NCBI GenBank assembly: GCA_044222185.1
Contig: JBGANV010000002.1
Coordinates: 672,001 to 736,000, forward strand
From: Planctomycetota bacterium
GTDB taxonomy: Bacteria; Planctomycetota; GCA-002687715; CAIWVZ01
DNA length: 64,000 nucleotides
Reading direction: 5' to 3'
In this document: positions 48,797-57,173 of the stretch, one piece after another
How the letters are laid out: every line of letters starts with the position of its first letter
Numbering within the stretch: position 1 is the first letter of the stretch
Notes under the pieces: generated by a model
The model's input: only the letters and a program-made list of their open reading frames with translations
The model's database searches: none
What the model was told of the DNA's origin: nothing
Translations under genes and position numbers: made by a program

Positions 48797-50314
48797 TCAC
48801 CGCGGGCCTGCCCGTGCGACGCGGGATAGGTTCTGCTCGGCGTGTGGGCCGTCGGTTCGGACGAACACGAGGGTGGTGCCGGATGAATCGACGAATGCGG
48901 GAAGCCAGCGCTTCCCCCATTCGTCGCGTGGGAGGAACCCGGCCGGCATGACGAGGATCTCCACGTCACGCCGAGTGAACACCTCTTCACGGTGAGGGCC
49001 TTGGACCTCGTCGACCCACTCGGCGGCGAGTGCACGCCCGAAGAAGGTGACCCGGCCATCCGTCGCGGTGCGGAACCGTGGAGCGAGCTTCCACGCGAGG
49101 TATCCACCCCACTTCGGCGGATGGCCCAGGTTGCCCGCGAGTTTGGACTTCGCGAGGTAGTCCGCCGCTTCGACCGGGTAGGGCGGAATGTCCGCGGACG
49201 TCAGATACGCGGCACCGACGATGCGCGTCTGGCCGCCGATTGCGTGCAGCCGCACCATCGGCGACGCCGTCACGAGCACCGCGGCGGCGACGCCGATCGA
49301 AGGCGCAACCCAGCGGAGCCGTATTGCCGGCGCACCGTCACCGCCAACTTCGCTCGTGAAGACACGAAGTCCATGCGTCAACGGGATCACGAGCATGAAG
49401 AGGAACCGGACGGCGGTCGCTGCCAGGAGTGCCGCGGCCAGCGGACACGCCCAACCCAGGACAACCTCGCACCGTTCCCGGGTCGTCGCGGCTCTCCGGA
49501 GGTCGAACGCCAGCGCGGCGATCGACGACATCGTGATGGCGCCGACGACGACCCACTCCACGCGGAATTCGGCGAACGGCCGCTCCCACAGCCGCTGCCA
49601 CTCCGGGATCAGCGGACGAAGCGGCGTCGTATCGGACGTGAAGGCGAGGAGGCCCCGGGGGCCGTCGAAGGAGAGGCACAGTCCGGCGACGACGCAGATC
49701 GCGGCGCCGAGGCGGCGCAGGAGCGCGCGCCGATCGAGCGTCGGCGCATGGGCGAGAGCCAGGATCCCCCCAGCCAAGGCACCGGGGTGGAGATTCACCC
49801 AGACGGACGCCAGCGCAAACAGCGACGCGAATCGTCGCGGACTCGGATCCCGGTCGACCCCGTCGAGCTGCCGGACCAGCACGGGAACGAGGGCGAGTGT
49901 GAACAGGTCCGGTCGCAGGCGGAAACGGGCCTCGGCCAGCGCCGCGAACGCAGCGACGGCGAGGGATGCCGCCGCGAGGCTGCCGGTGCGATCGCGGGCC
50001 CACCGCCACAACGCGCCAGCGCCCAGGGCCAGTACCAACCCGGCGAGAACGCGAATCGCCACCATCCCCCCGAAGCGGTACGCGATGGCGAAGATCGCAT
50101 CCGACAGCCAGGCCTGCCGATCGGGCGCGTGGTCGACGGGCAGATGCGTGAACGGGTCGGCCGCGGGGAATCCGCCCGTCTGGACCAGGCCCTGGCCCTG
50201 GGCCAGGTGCCAATGGAAGTCCATGTCGACCGTGGAAGTCGAGCCCAGGGCGAAGGCGCCCACCAGTACGGTCCACGCGAGCGTGCGGGCGAGCGGCGTG
50301 GAGGGCATTGCCAT
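48797..50314 (-). CDS. Polytopic membrane protein, putative GT-C-fold glycosyltransferase
   Basis: D-x-D-FHWHLAQG after the first TM, plus DPF, RP, WVNLH, EW, YP, WGGYL and DGR. About 10-12 hydrophobic segments. Confidence 0.65.
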   Translation of the reverse strand: MAMPSTPLARTLAWTVLVGAFALGSTSTVDMDFHWHLAQGQGLVQTGGFPAADPFTHLPVDHAPDRQAWLSDAIFAIAYRFGGMVAIRVLAGLVLALGAGALWRWARDRTGSLAAASLAVAAFAALAEARFRLRPDLFTLALVPVLVRQLDGVDRDPSPRRFASLFALASVWVNLHPGALAGGILALAHAPTLDRRALLRRLGAAICVVAGLCLSFDGPRGLLAFTSDTTPLRPLIPEWQRLWERPFAEFRVEWVVVGAITMSSIAALAFDLRRAATTRERCEVVLGWACPLAAALLAATAVRFLFMLVIPLTHGLRVFTSEVGGDGAPAIRLRWVAPSIGVAAAVLVTASPMVRLHAIGGQTRIVGAAYLTSADIPPYPVEAADYLAKSKLAGNLGHPPKWGGYLAWKLAPRFRTATDGRVTFFGRALAAEWVDEVQGPHREEVFTRRDVEILVMPAGFLPRDEWGKRWLPAFVDSSGTTLVFVRTDGPHAEQNLSRVARAGPR

Positions 50315-50412
50315 GGCGGGAGCCTACGAAACCCCTACCCATGGCTCAGGGCGCGGGCCATGGCGAGCGCCTGGATCGGACGACGCCGGGTGAGGCGGGG
50401 TGTCCGCCCAGC

Positions 50413-50441
50413 TTGCCGCATGTTTGGCACACGGATATAGT
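50413..50441 (+). promoter_or_regulatory. Sigma-70-type promoter of rpsO-pnp
   Basis: TTGCCG-N17-TATAGT. Confidence 0.7.
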
Positions 50442-50648
50442 CCGCCGAACTTGACGGAAGTCCGTCCGTGTGACGGCCGCGCGTCGCGTCCTGCGACGCC
50501 TGCTTCAAGAAGATCTGCGGCCGATCGCTGGAAGACTGATTCCCCCGGACTGGTGTTGCGGCATTGCGCCCTTCCACTGGCTGGCGGGAGGACAGGTTTC
50601 GGTAGCCGTAAGCCCTTGCGGGCCCGGCGCAACGGAAAGGAAGTTGCT

Positions 50649-50918
50649 GTGAAGGTTACGAAGGAACGCAAAGTCCAGGTCGTCACTGAAAACCGCACCC
50701 ACGACCGCGACACGGGGTCGCCGGAAGTGCAGGTCGCGTTGATCACGGAGCGGATCCGCCACCTGACGGAGCATCTCAAGGGCCACGTGAAGGATCACGC
50801 CTCACGCCGCGGCCTCCTCATGCTCGTCGGCAAGCGCACCAAGCTCCTCAAGTACCTGCGGGCCGTGAGCCCGTCCCGGTACAGCGCGGTCGTCGAGCGC
50901 CACGGTCTCCGCCGCTGA
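50649..50918 (+). CDS. rpsO: 30S ribosomal protein S15
   Basis: DTGSPEVQVALIT.RI..LT.HL..H.KDH.SRRGLL. GTG start with AAAGGAAG upstream. Confidence 0.97.
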   Translation: MKVTKERKVQVVTENRTHDRDTGSPEVQVALITERIRHLTEHLKGHVKDHASRRGLLMLVGKRTKLLKYLRAVSPSRYSAVVERHGLRR

Positions 50919-50990
50919 TGCGCGCGAGCTGCCCAAGTCCGGTTTCGCCACACGCGCCGGTCGGCCGCCGCCACTCCATTCAGGTGAATC

Positions 50991-53513
50991 ATGCAATACG
51001 CGAAAGTTGAAAGAACGATCGCGGGCCGCACTCTGTCCTTCGAGACAGGGCGCATCGCCCGCCAGGCCGCAGGCTCGGTGTTCGCCAAGATGGGCGACAC
51101 GTGCGTGCTGTCGGCCGTCACGACGTCATCGCCCCGCGAGGGCATCGACTTCTTCCCGCTGACGGTCGAGTACCGGGAGAAGGTCTACGCTGCCGGCAAG
51201 TTCCCGGGCGGCTTCATCAAGCGCGAGGGTCGTCCGACCAACAAGGAGATCCTCACCTGCCGCCTGATCGATCGCCCGATCCGGCCGCTCTTCCCCGAGG
51301 AGTTCAAGAACGAGCTCCAGATCTTCGCGACCGTCATGTCGGTCGACAAAGAGAACGAGCCGGACGTCATCGCGATGAACGCGTCGTTCATGGCGCTCTG
51401 GCTGACCCAGACGCCGTTCCGCGGCCCCATCGGCGCCGTGCGCGTCTGCCGCATCGAGGGCAAGTTCGTCGCGTTCCCCACGCCGGAGCAGGTCAACCTC
51501 TCCGACATGGAGGTCGTGGTGGCTGCCTCGCGTGACGCGATCCTGATGGTCGAAGCCGGTGCGACGGAAGCGAGCGAGGCCGACGTCCTCGCGGCGCTCG
51601 AATTCGGCCAGCACGCCATCGACGAGATCATCGCGTTGATGGAGGACCTCCGCGAGCAGGCTCAGCCCGAGCCGTGTGATTGGAGCCCGCCCGAGGCGGA
51701 CATCCCGGACGTCTACGAGCGCGCCAAGCGCAACTACAAGAGCCTCCTGCGCCAGGCCTACATGACGCAGGGCAAGCACGCACGCGCCGAAGCCGTCGAG
51801 GACGTGAAGAAGGCGGCCATCGCTGCACTCGTCCCGGCCGACAGCGACGAGCGCGCGGATCTCACCAAGTGGGTGAAGAAGGCGCTCACGGACCTCGAGT
51901 ACGAGCTGGTTCGCCAGATGATCCTCGAGGGCAAGCGAGTCGACGGGCGTGGTCAGCGCGACATCCGCCCGATCACGATCGAGGCCGGCGTCCTTCCGCG
52001 CACGCACGGCTCAGCCATGTTCACCCGTGGCGAGACCCAGGCGATCGTGGTGACGACGCTCGGCACGACGCGCGATCAGCAGATCGTCGACGGCCTCATC
52101 GAGGAGTACTCGAAGAAGTTCGACCTCCAGTACAACTTCCCGCCGTTCTCGACGGGCGAAGTGAAGCCGATCCGGGGAACGAGCCGTCGCGAGATCGGCC
52201 ACGGCAACCTGGCCGAGCGCGCGCTCATCCCTGTCATCCCGGCCGACACCGAATTCCCCTACACGCTGCGCGTCGTCAGCGAAGTCACGGAGAGCAACGG
52301 GTCGTCGTCGATGGCGACCGTCTGCGGCGCGACGCTCTCGCTGATGGATGCGGGCTGCCCGATCCGTCAACCGGTCGCCGGCATCGCCATGGGTCTGATC
52401 AAGGAAGGCGAGCAGGTCGCCATCCTCTCGGACATCCTCGGTACCGAAGACCACCTCGGTGACATGGACTTCAAGGTCGCCGGCACGGGCCGTGGCATCA
52501 CGGCCGTGCAGATGGACATCAAGATCGGCGGCATCACGAAGGACGTGATGCGCCGCGCGCTCGAGCAGGCCCGCGAAGGCCGGCTGCACATCCTGCGCAA
52601 GATGCTCGAGGCCATGCCGCGTCCACGGCGCGAGATCAGCCAGTACGCTCCGCGCCTCCTCGTCGTGAAGATCGCGCCCGACAAGATCGGTCTGCTGATC
52701 GGACCGGGCGGCAAGATGATCAAGAAGATCCAGGAGGAGACCGGCGCGGTCATCGAGATCAACGACGACGGCACGGTCAACATCGCCAGCTACGACCCGG
52801 CAGGTGCCGAGGCTGCACGCCAGCAGATCCAACTGCTGACGGCCGAGGTCGAAGTCGGCAAGGTGTACGACGGCCGCGTCGTGTCGATCAAGGACTTCGG
52901 CGCGTTCATCGAAGTGCTGCCCGGGCAGGAAGGCCTCTGCCACGTCTCCGAGCTCTCCGACAGCTTCGTCAACGCCGTGACCGACGTGGTGAAGGTCGGC
53001 GACATGGTCAAGGTGAAGGTCCTCCTTCGCGACGACCAGGGCCGGCTCAAGCTGTCGATCAAGGCCGTCGCGGGCGGCGACGGCGGTGGGCCCGGCGGGC
53101 CCTCGGGCGGTGGACGTCCCGACCGAGGCGACCGCGGTCCGCGCGAGGATCGCGGGTTCCGTGGTGATCGCGGCGACCGTGGCCCCCGTGAGGGCCGGCC
53201 TCCGCGCGAAGATCGCGGCCCCCGCGACGATCGTGGCGATCGGCCCCCGCGCGATGCGCGAGGCCCGCGTGAGGATCGCGGCGAGCGGCCGGCTCCGCCG
53301 CGCGAGGATCGGCCGCCGCGGGAGGATCGAGCTCCCCGCGAGGACCGGCCGCCGCGCGAAGACCGCGGCGAGTCCCGTGGCTTCAGTCGCGGCCCGCGCC
53401 GCGACCGCGGCGACGGCCCGCGCCCGCCGCGCGAAGGCGACGCTCCCGGCGGTCGGGATGCTGACGCTCCTCCGCCGCGCCGCGTCGATGACGACGTCGA
53501 TCTGATGTTCTGA
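50991..53513 (+). CDS. pnp: Polyribonucleotide nucleotidyltransferase (PNPase) with a low-complexity C-terminal tail
   Basis: DFFPLTVEYRE, RREIGHG, ESNGSSSMA and DMDFKVAG. KH domain (IGPGGK) and S1 domain. Lies directly after rpsO. Confidence 0.98.
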   Translation: MQYAKVERTIAGRTLSFETGRIARQAAGSVFAKMGDTCVLSAVTTSSPREGIDFFPLTVEYREKVYAAGKFPGGFIKREGRPTNKEILTCRLIDRPIRPLFPEEFKNELQIFATVMSVDKENEPDVIAMNASFMALWLTQTPFRGPIGAVRVCRIEGKFVAFPTPEQVNLSDMEVVVAASRDAILMVEAGATEASEADVLAALEFGQHAIDEIIALMEDLREQAQPEPCDWSPPEADIPDVYERAKRNYKSLLRQAYMTQGKHARAEAVEDVKKAAIAALVPADSDERADLTKWVKKALTDLEYELVRQMILEGKRVDGRGQRDIRPITIEAGVLPRTHGSAMFTRGETQAIVVTTLGTTRDQQIVDGLIEEYSKKFDLQYNFPPFSTGEVKPIRGTSRREIGHGNLAERALIPVIPADTEFPYTLRVVSEVTESNGSSSMATVCGATLSLMDAGCPIRQPVAGIAMGLIKEGEQVAILSDILGTEDHLGDMDFKVAGTGRGITAVQMDIKIGGITKDVMRRALEQAREGRLHILRKMLEAMPRPRREISQYAPRLLVVKIAPDKIGLLIGPGGKMIKKIQEETGAVIEINDDGTVNIASYDPAGAEAARQQIQLLTAEVEVGKVYDGRVVSIKDFGAFIEVLPGQEGLCHVSELSDSFVNAVTDVVKVGDMVKVKVLLRDDQGRLKLSIKAVAGGDGGGPGGPSGGGRPDRGDRGPREDRGFRGDRGDRGPREGRPPREDRGPRDDRGDRPPRDARGPREDRGERPAPPREDRPPREDRAPREDRPPREDRGESRGFSRGPRRDRGDGPRPPREGDAPGGRDADAPPPRRVDDDVDLMF
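53085..53480 (+). repeat. Imperfect tandem repeat encoding RGPREDR/RPPREDR units in the PNPase tail
   Basis: Recurrent CCGCGCGAGGATCG-like DNA units and a protein tail rich in R, G, P, D and E. Confidence 0.8.
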
Positions 53514-53526
53514 TCGGACCGCCGCC

Positions 53527-53551
53527 GCGCGCGACGACCTCCGTCGCGCGC
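53527..53551. terminator. Stem-loop between convergent pnp and hybrid kinase genes
   Basis: Perfect 10-bp stem GCGCGCGACG-ACCTC-CGTCGCGCGC. Confidence 0.55.
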
Positions 53552-53579
53552 CGGCCGCCGCGCGGAATTCCGCCGGCCC

Positions 53580-56171
53580 TCACGGTGCGCCGTCGAGGAC
53601 GTCGCGCACCTTGCGCGCGAGGCCCGACGGCGTGAACGGCTTCGGAAGGAATGCCTCCGTGGCCGTTTCGACCCCGCGCCGCACGATCGCGTCGTCCATG
53701 TAGCCGCTCATGTAGAGCACCTTGATCGACGGGCGTGTCTCCAAGATGGCATCGGCGAGCGCGCGCCCCCCGATTTGCGGCATGACCACGTCGGTCACCA
53801 GGAGATCGATGGGATGCGGGTGTGTCCGCGCGATGCGCACGGCGTCGGGCGCTGATGCGGCCTCCAGCACCACGTAGCCGCGCGAAGCGAGAGCCGAACA
53901 CGTCAAGCGGCGGACGCCATCTTCATCCTCCACTACGAGCACGGTCTCCGATCCCTGCGGCATCGTGCGCACGGTCGTTGCCGCCGGAGCGCCCAGGGCA
54001 TCCTGGACCGTCGGGAGGAAGACCGAGAATGCCGTCCCGCGCCCCGGAGCGCTCTGGACGGTGATGTTCCCGCCGGCTTGCCGCACGATCCCGTAGACGG
54101 TGGCGAGCCCGAGCCCCGTTCCCTTGCCGACGGCCTTCGTCGTGAAGAACGGCTCGAAGACGCGGTTTCTCACGGCTTCGCTCATTCCGGCCCCGGTGTC
54201 CGCGACCATGAGGCGGACGTAGGCTCCGGGCTTCAGGTCTCCGAACTCCGAGTCGCCGGGCGCGATCGCGACTTGGGTCGTTTCCATCGTCAGGCGCCCA
54301 CCGTCGGGCATGGCGTCGCGGGCGTTCAGGGCCAGGTTCATGATGACGCGTTCGAGTTGTCCCGGGTCGATGCGGACGGCCGCGCGACTCGGAGACAGGT
54401 TCGTGACGAGGTTCACGTCCTCTTCGATGAGTCGACGGAGCATGCGACTCGTGGACGAGATCGCCTCGTTCAGGTCGACCACCTTGGGCTCGACGATGGA
54501 CTTGCGGCTGAACGCGAGGAGCTGTCCCGTCAGCCCGGCGGCGCGCTCGCCGGCCGTGAGGATGGCGACCAGCGCCTCGTGTCGAGGATCCTGCACGGGC
54601 ACGTCGTGAAGGAGGAGATGTGCGTTTCCGTTGATGATCGTGAGGAGGTTGTTGAAGTCGTGAGCGACGCCGCTGGCCAGTTGCCCGATCGCTTCCAGCT
54701 TCTGCGAGTGCTGGAGCCGCTCCTTGCTCCGAAGCAGCTCGTTCAGGACCTCGTCACGCTCGATGGCGAGCCCGGCGAGCTTCGCCGCGTCGCCCAGGAT
54801 CCGGAGTGACCCCACGACGGGATCTCCCGGCGTGGCGCGGTAGAGGGCGAACGTCCCGAGGACGCGGTCGTCGCGAGCGGTGTCGGCGCGATCAGTGCCC
54901 CAGCTCTCGTCGTGCCGAGGATCGGTCGATGCCCATCGGGGTGTGGGCGAGCCGTCGATGGGGTCGGGTTCCGACGGTTGGCGCGGCGCCGTCGAGCCGG
55001 CGGCGAAGATCGGGATCGAGAGGCAAGAGCGCAGATGATGCTGCATCGCGATGCCGCGGTAGTCGTCCCACAACGGATCGGCGGCGATGTCCGTGACGAC
55101 GACGACCTCGCGCCGGAACGCAGCCGTTCCGCAGGACCCCGAGCGTGCACCGATGGGAACCCCGTCGACGGCTGCGTTGTAGGAACTCGGGAGCGACGCG
55201 CCTGCGCCGAACCGCAGGGTGTCGTTGTCCCGATCACGGATCAGGATCGAGCACAGTGCGCCTGGAAGCTGGCGTTCGACGAGGCGCACCACTTCCTCGA
55301 GCACGCTGTGCAGGTCGGCGCCAGAAGCGATCCGAGCGAGAACGTCGTTCTGGCCGACGAGGACGTGCCGCGCCCGGACGATCTCCGTGATGTCCGTGTG
55401 GGACACGACTACGCTCGAGCCGCATTCGCCCAGCGGTGTCACCGCCAAGGCGAACCAGAGCGTGCCCTGCTCGGATTCCAACGGGTATTCGAGGGTGAAC
55501 GACGGCCGCCGGCTCCGCAACACGTCCGAGATGCCCTCGAGGGCGGCCGACCATGGCGTCGACCCGGCGTGGGCACGACGCCGACAGATCTCCAGGTAGT
55601 TGTCCCCGAGAGAACCGTTCGACGGGACTCCATTCACGCTGGCCGAGCGCTCCCACGCCTTGTTGGCCGCCGTGATGACACCGTCGCGGTCGACGACCGC
55701 CACTTGCGCCGCCATGGAGTCGAGGACGTCGCGCTCGAACTCCTCCTTGGCGGTCAGTGCCGCCTCGGCGCGCGCACGGTCCGAGATATCGCGCGAGACG
55801 CCGAGTATGCCGATGGTCCTTCCGGTGTCGTCACAGATCCGACGAACGCGCGCATCGATCCAGACGCGGCTGCCGTCCTTTCGAAAGTCCAAGTAAGGAC
55901 CCTCGAATTCGGCCCCTCGTCCACGGCTCGCCATCTGTTCCTCGATCCACGCGCGCTCGCTCTGCGGAAACCGATCGGCATACTTTCGGCCGATCATCTC
56001 GTCTGCCGTCCAGCCGAAGAGCCGCGCGGCGCCATCGTTCCAATACGTGACGATGCCGTCCGTGTCCGTCACGATGACCGCGTCCCACAGATGGGCGAGG
56101 ATGACGGGATCCGGAATGGAGTGCGATTCTCGTCGTCGCCCGCGCTCCGTGCCTCGATGTTGCTGTGCCAT
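53580..56171 (-). CDS. Cytoplasmic hybrid sensor histidine kinase/response regulator (PAS-PAS-GAF-HisKA-HATPase-REC)
   Basis: [13 protein letters not shown]...[14 protein letters not shown]-box [33 protein letters not shown]. Receiver VVEDE...TDVVMP...PKPF. Start ATG 56171. Confidence 0.93.
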   Translation of the reverse strand: MAQQHRGTERGRRRESHSIPDPVILAHLWDAVIVTDTDGIVTYWNDGAARLFGWTADEMIGRKYADRFPQSERAWIEEQMASRGRGAEFEGPYLDFRKDGSRVWIDARVRRICDDTGRTIGILGVSRDISDRARAEAALTAKEEFERDVLDSMAAQVAVVDRDGVITAANKAWERSASVNGVPSNGSLGDNYLEICRRRAHAGSTPWSAALEGISDVLRSRRPSFTLEYPLESEQGTLWFALAVTPLGECGSSVVVSHTDITEIVRARHVLVGQNDVLARIASGADLHSVLEEVVRLVERQLPGALCSILIRDRDNDTLRFGAGASLPSSYNAAVDGVPIGARSGSCGTAAFRREVVVVTDIAADPLWDDYRGIAMQHHLRSCLSIPIFAAGSTAPRQPSEPDPIDGSPTPRWASTDPRHDESWGTDRADTARDDRVLGTFALYRATPGDPVVGSLRILGDAAKLAGLAIERDEVLNELLRSKERLQHSQKLEAIGQLASGVAHDFNNLLTIINGNAHLLLHDVPVQDPRHEALVAILTAGERAAGLTGQLLAFSRKSIVEPKVVDLNEAISSTSRMLRRLIEEDVNLVTNLSPSRAAVRIDPGQLERVIMNLALNARDAMPDGGRLTMETTQVAIAPGDSEFGDLKPGAYVRLMVADTGAGMSEAVRNRVFEPFFTTKAVGKGTGLGLATVYGIVRQAGGNITVQSAPGRGTAFSVFLPTVQDALGAPAATTVRTMPQGSETVLVVEDEDGVRRLTCSALASRGYVVLEAASAPDAVRIARTHPHPIDLLVTDVVMPQIGGRALADAILETRPSIKVLYMSGYMDDAIVRRGVETATEAFLPKPFTPSGLARKVRDVLDGAP

Positions 56172-56643
56172 CCCGAACTCCGATGAAATCGGATGCGGCA
56201 GTGGCTCACCCTGACACCACCGTCGCCCTCTGGAGCACCATCGCGCTGCCGCGCCCATCACGGCAGCGACCACCTGTCAGATCATCGACCGGATCGACCG
56301 CCAAGGGCGCCATCAAGACGACGCGGCGTCGATCGCGAAACCCGGCGCGGTCCCGTTCCTCGCGGGTACCCTACCAGCCTCTTATTAGCGACTGCCGGAA
56401 CAATCTAGTTGCGCCCGAGGGCGCAGATGCGCACTTCGCCGAGGTCGGTAGTGCTGCCACCCTCAGCACAGACCCTCGAGAAATGCGCTGGCGCCGCACT
56501 GGCTTCGCTCATCGACGCGCTCACGGCGGCGCGTCCGCTCCCCTCGGTTGCAGCGAGCCACGGTGTCGCAGGCACTTGGCGCGATGAAGGGCGAGAAATC
56601 GGAGATTCCCCAAAATCCCTCTCGCGCTTTGCGGATGCGTCCC

Positions 56644-56649
56644 TATACT
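56644..56649 (+). promoter_or_regulatory. Candidate -10 element of the cold-shock gene
   Basis: TATACT about 160 nt upstream of the ATG. No clear -35. Confidence 0.35.
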
Positions 56650-56809
56650 GTCGACCCGGTGGCGACGGATGTGCGTCGAGAAACCAGCACAACAGCCTCC
56701 CGGCGGCTTGGAGTACTAAGTCGATGGCGCGCAGCGGTAAGCAGCGACTGCGGGTCATCGCGAGACGACTCTGGACGGGAGCGAGGCGACTGAGGGTCCA
56801 GGGACTGCC

Positions 56810-57037
56810 ATGCCGACCGGCCGCGTGAAATGGTTTGACAACCGAAAAGGCTACGGCTTCATCGAGCAGGACACGGGCGAAGACGTCTTCGTTCACTACT
56901 CGTCCATCAAGACCGACGGATTCCGCACGCTGAATGACGGCGAGATGGTCCGATTCGAGGTCATCCAAGGCCCGAAGGGTCTCCTGGCGCGCAACGTCGC
57001 GCGGCTCGAGGGTGGCGAGGCGCAAGCGCAGCAGTAG
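56810..57037 (+). CDS. Cold-shock protein (CspA family)
   Basis: GRVKWF, RNP1 KGYGFI, RNP2 VFVHY and GPKG..A.NV. Confidence 0.97.
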   Translation: MPTGRVKWFDNRKGYGFIEQDTGEDVFVHYSSIKTDGFRTLNDGEMVRFEVIQGPKGLLARNVARLEGGEAQAQQ

Positions 57038-57099
57038 CGCCGCCGTAGCGGGTTGACGCGCTCCCAGTGGGACGACCGTTCCACGTGCGGGCGGATTCC

Positions 57100-57128
57100 T
57101 TGGTGGGGTGCCGCCCCAGCCTTAGATT
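57100..57128 (+). promoter_or_regulatory. Candidate sigma-70 promoter of the transketolase gene
   Basis: TTGGTG-N17-TAGATT. Confidence 0.4.
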
Positions 57129-57173
57129 GCCCCGCTTTCCATTCGAACCCGCCATCGCACCGGGGAGTCCCTC

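Noticed and set aside
53085-53480. Repeats as a CRISPR array or mobile element
   Set aside because: They are degenerate in-frame coding repeats with no unique spacers and no cas genes.
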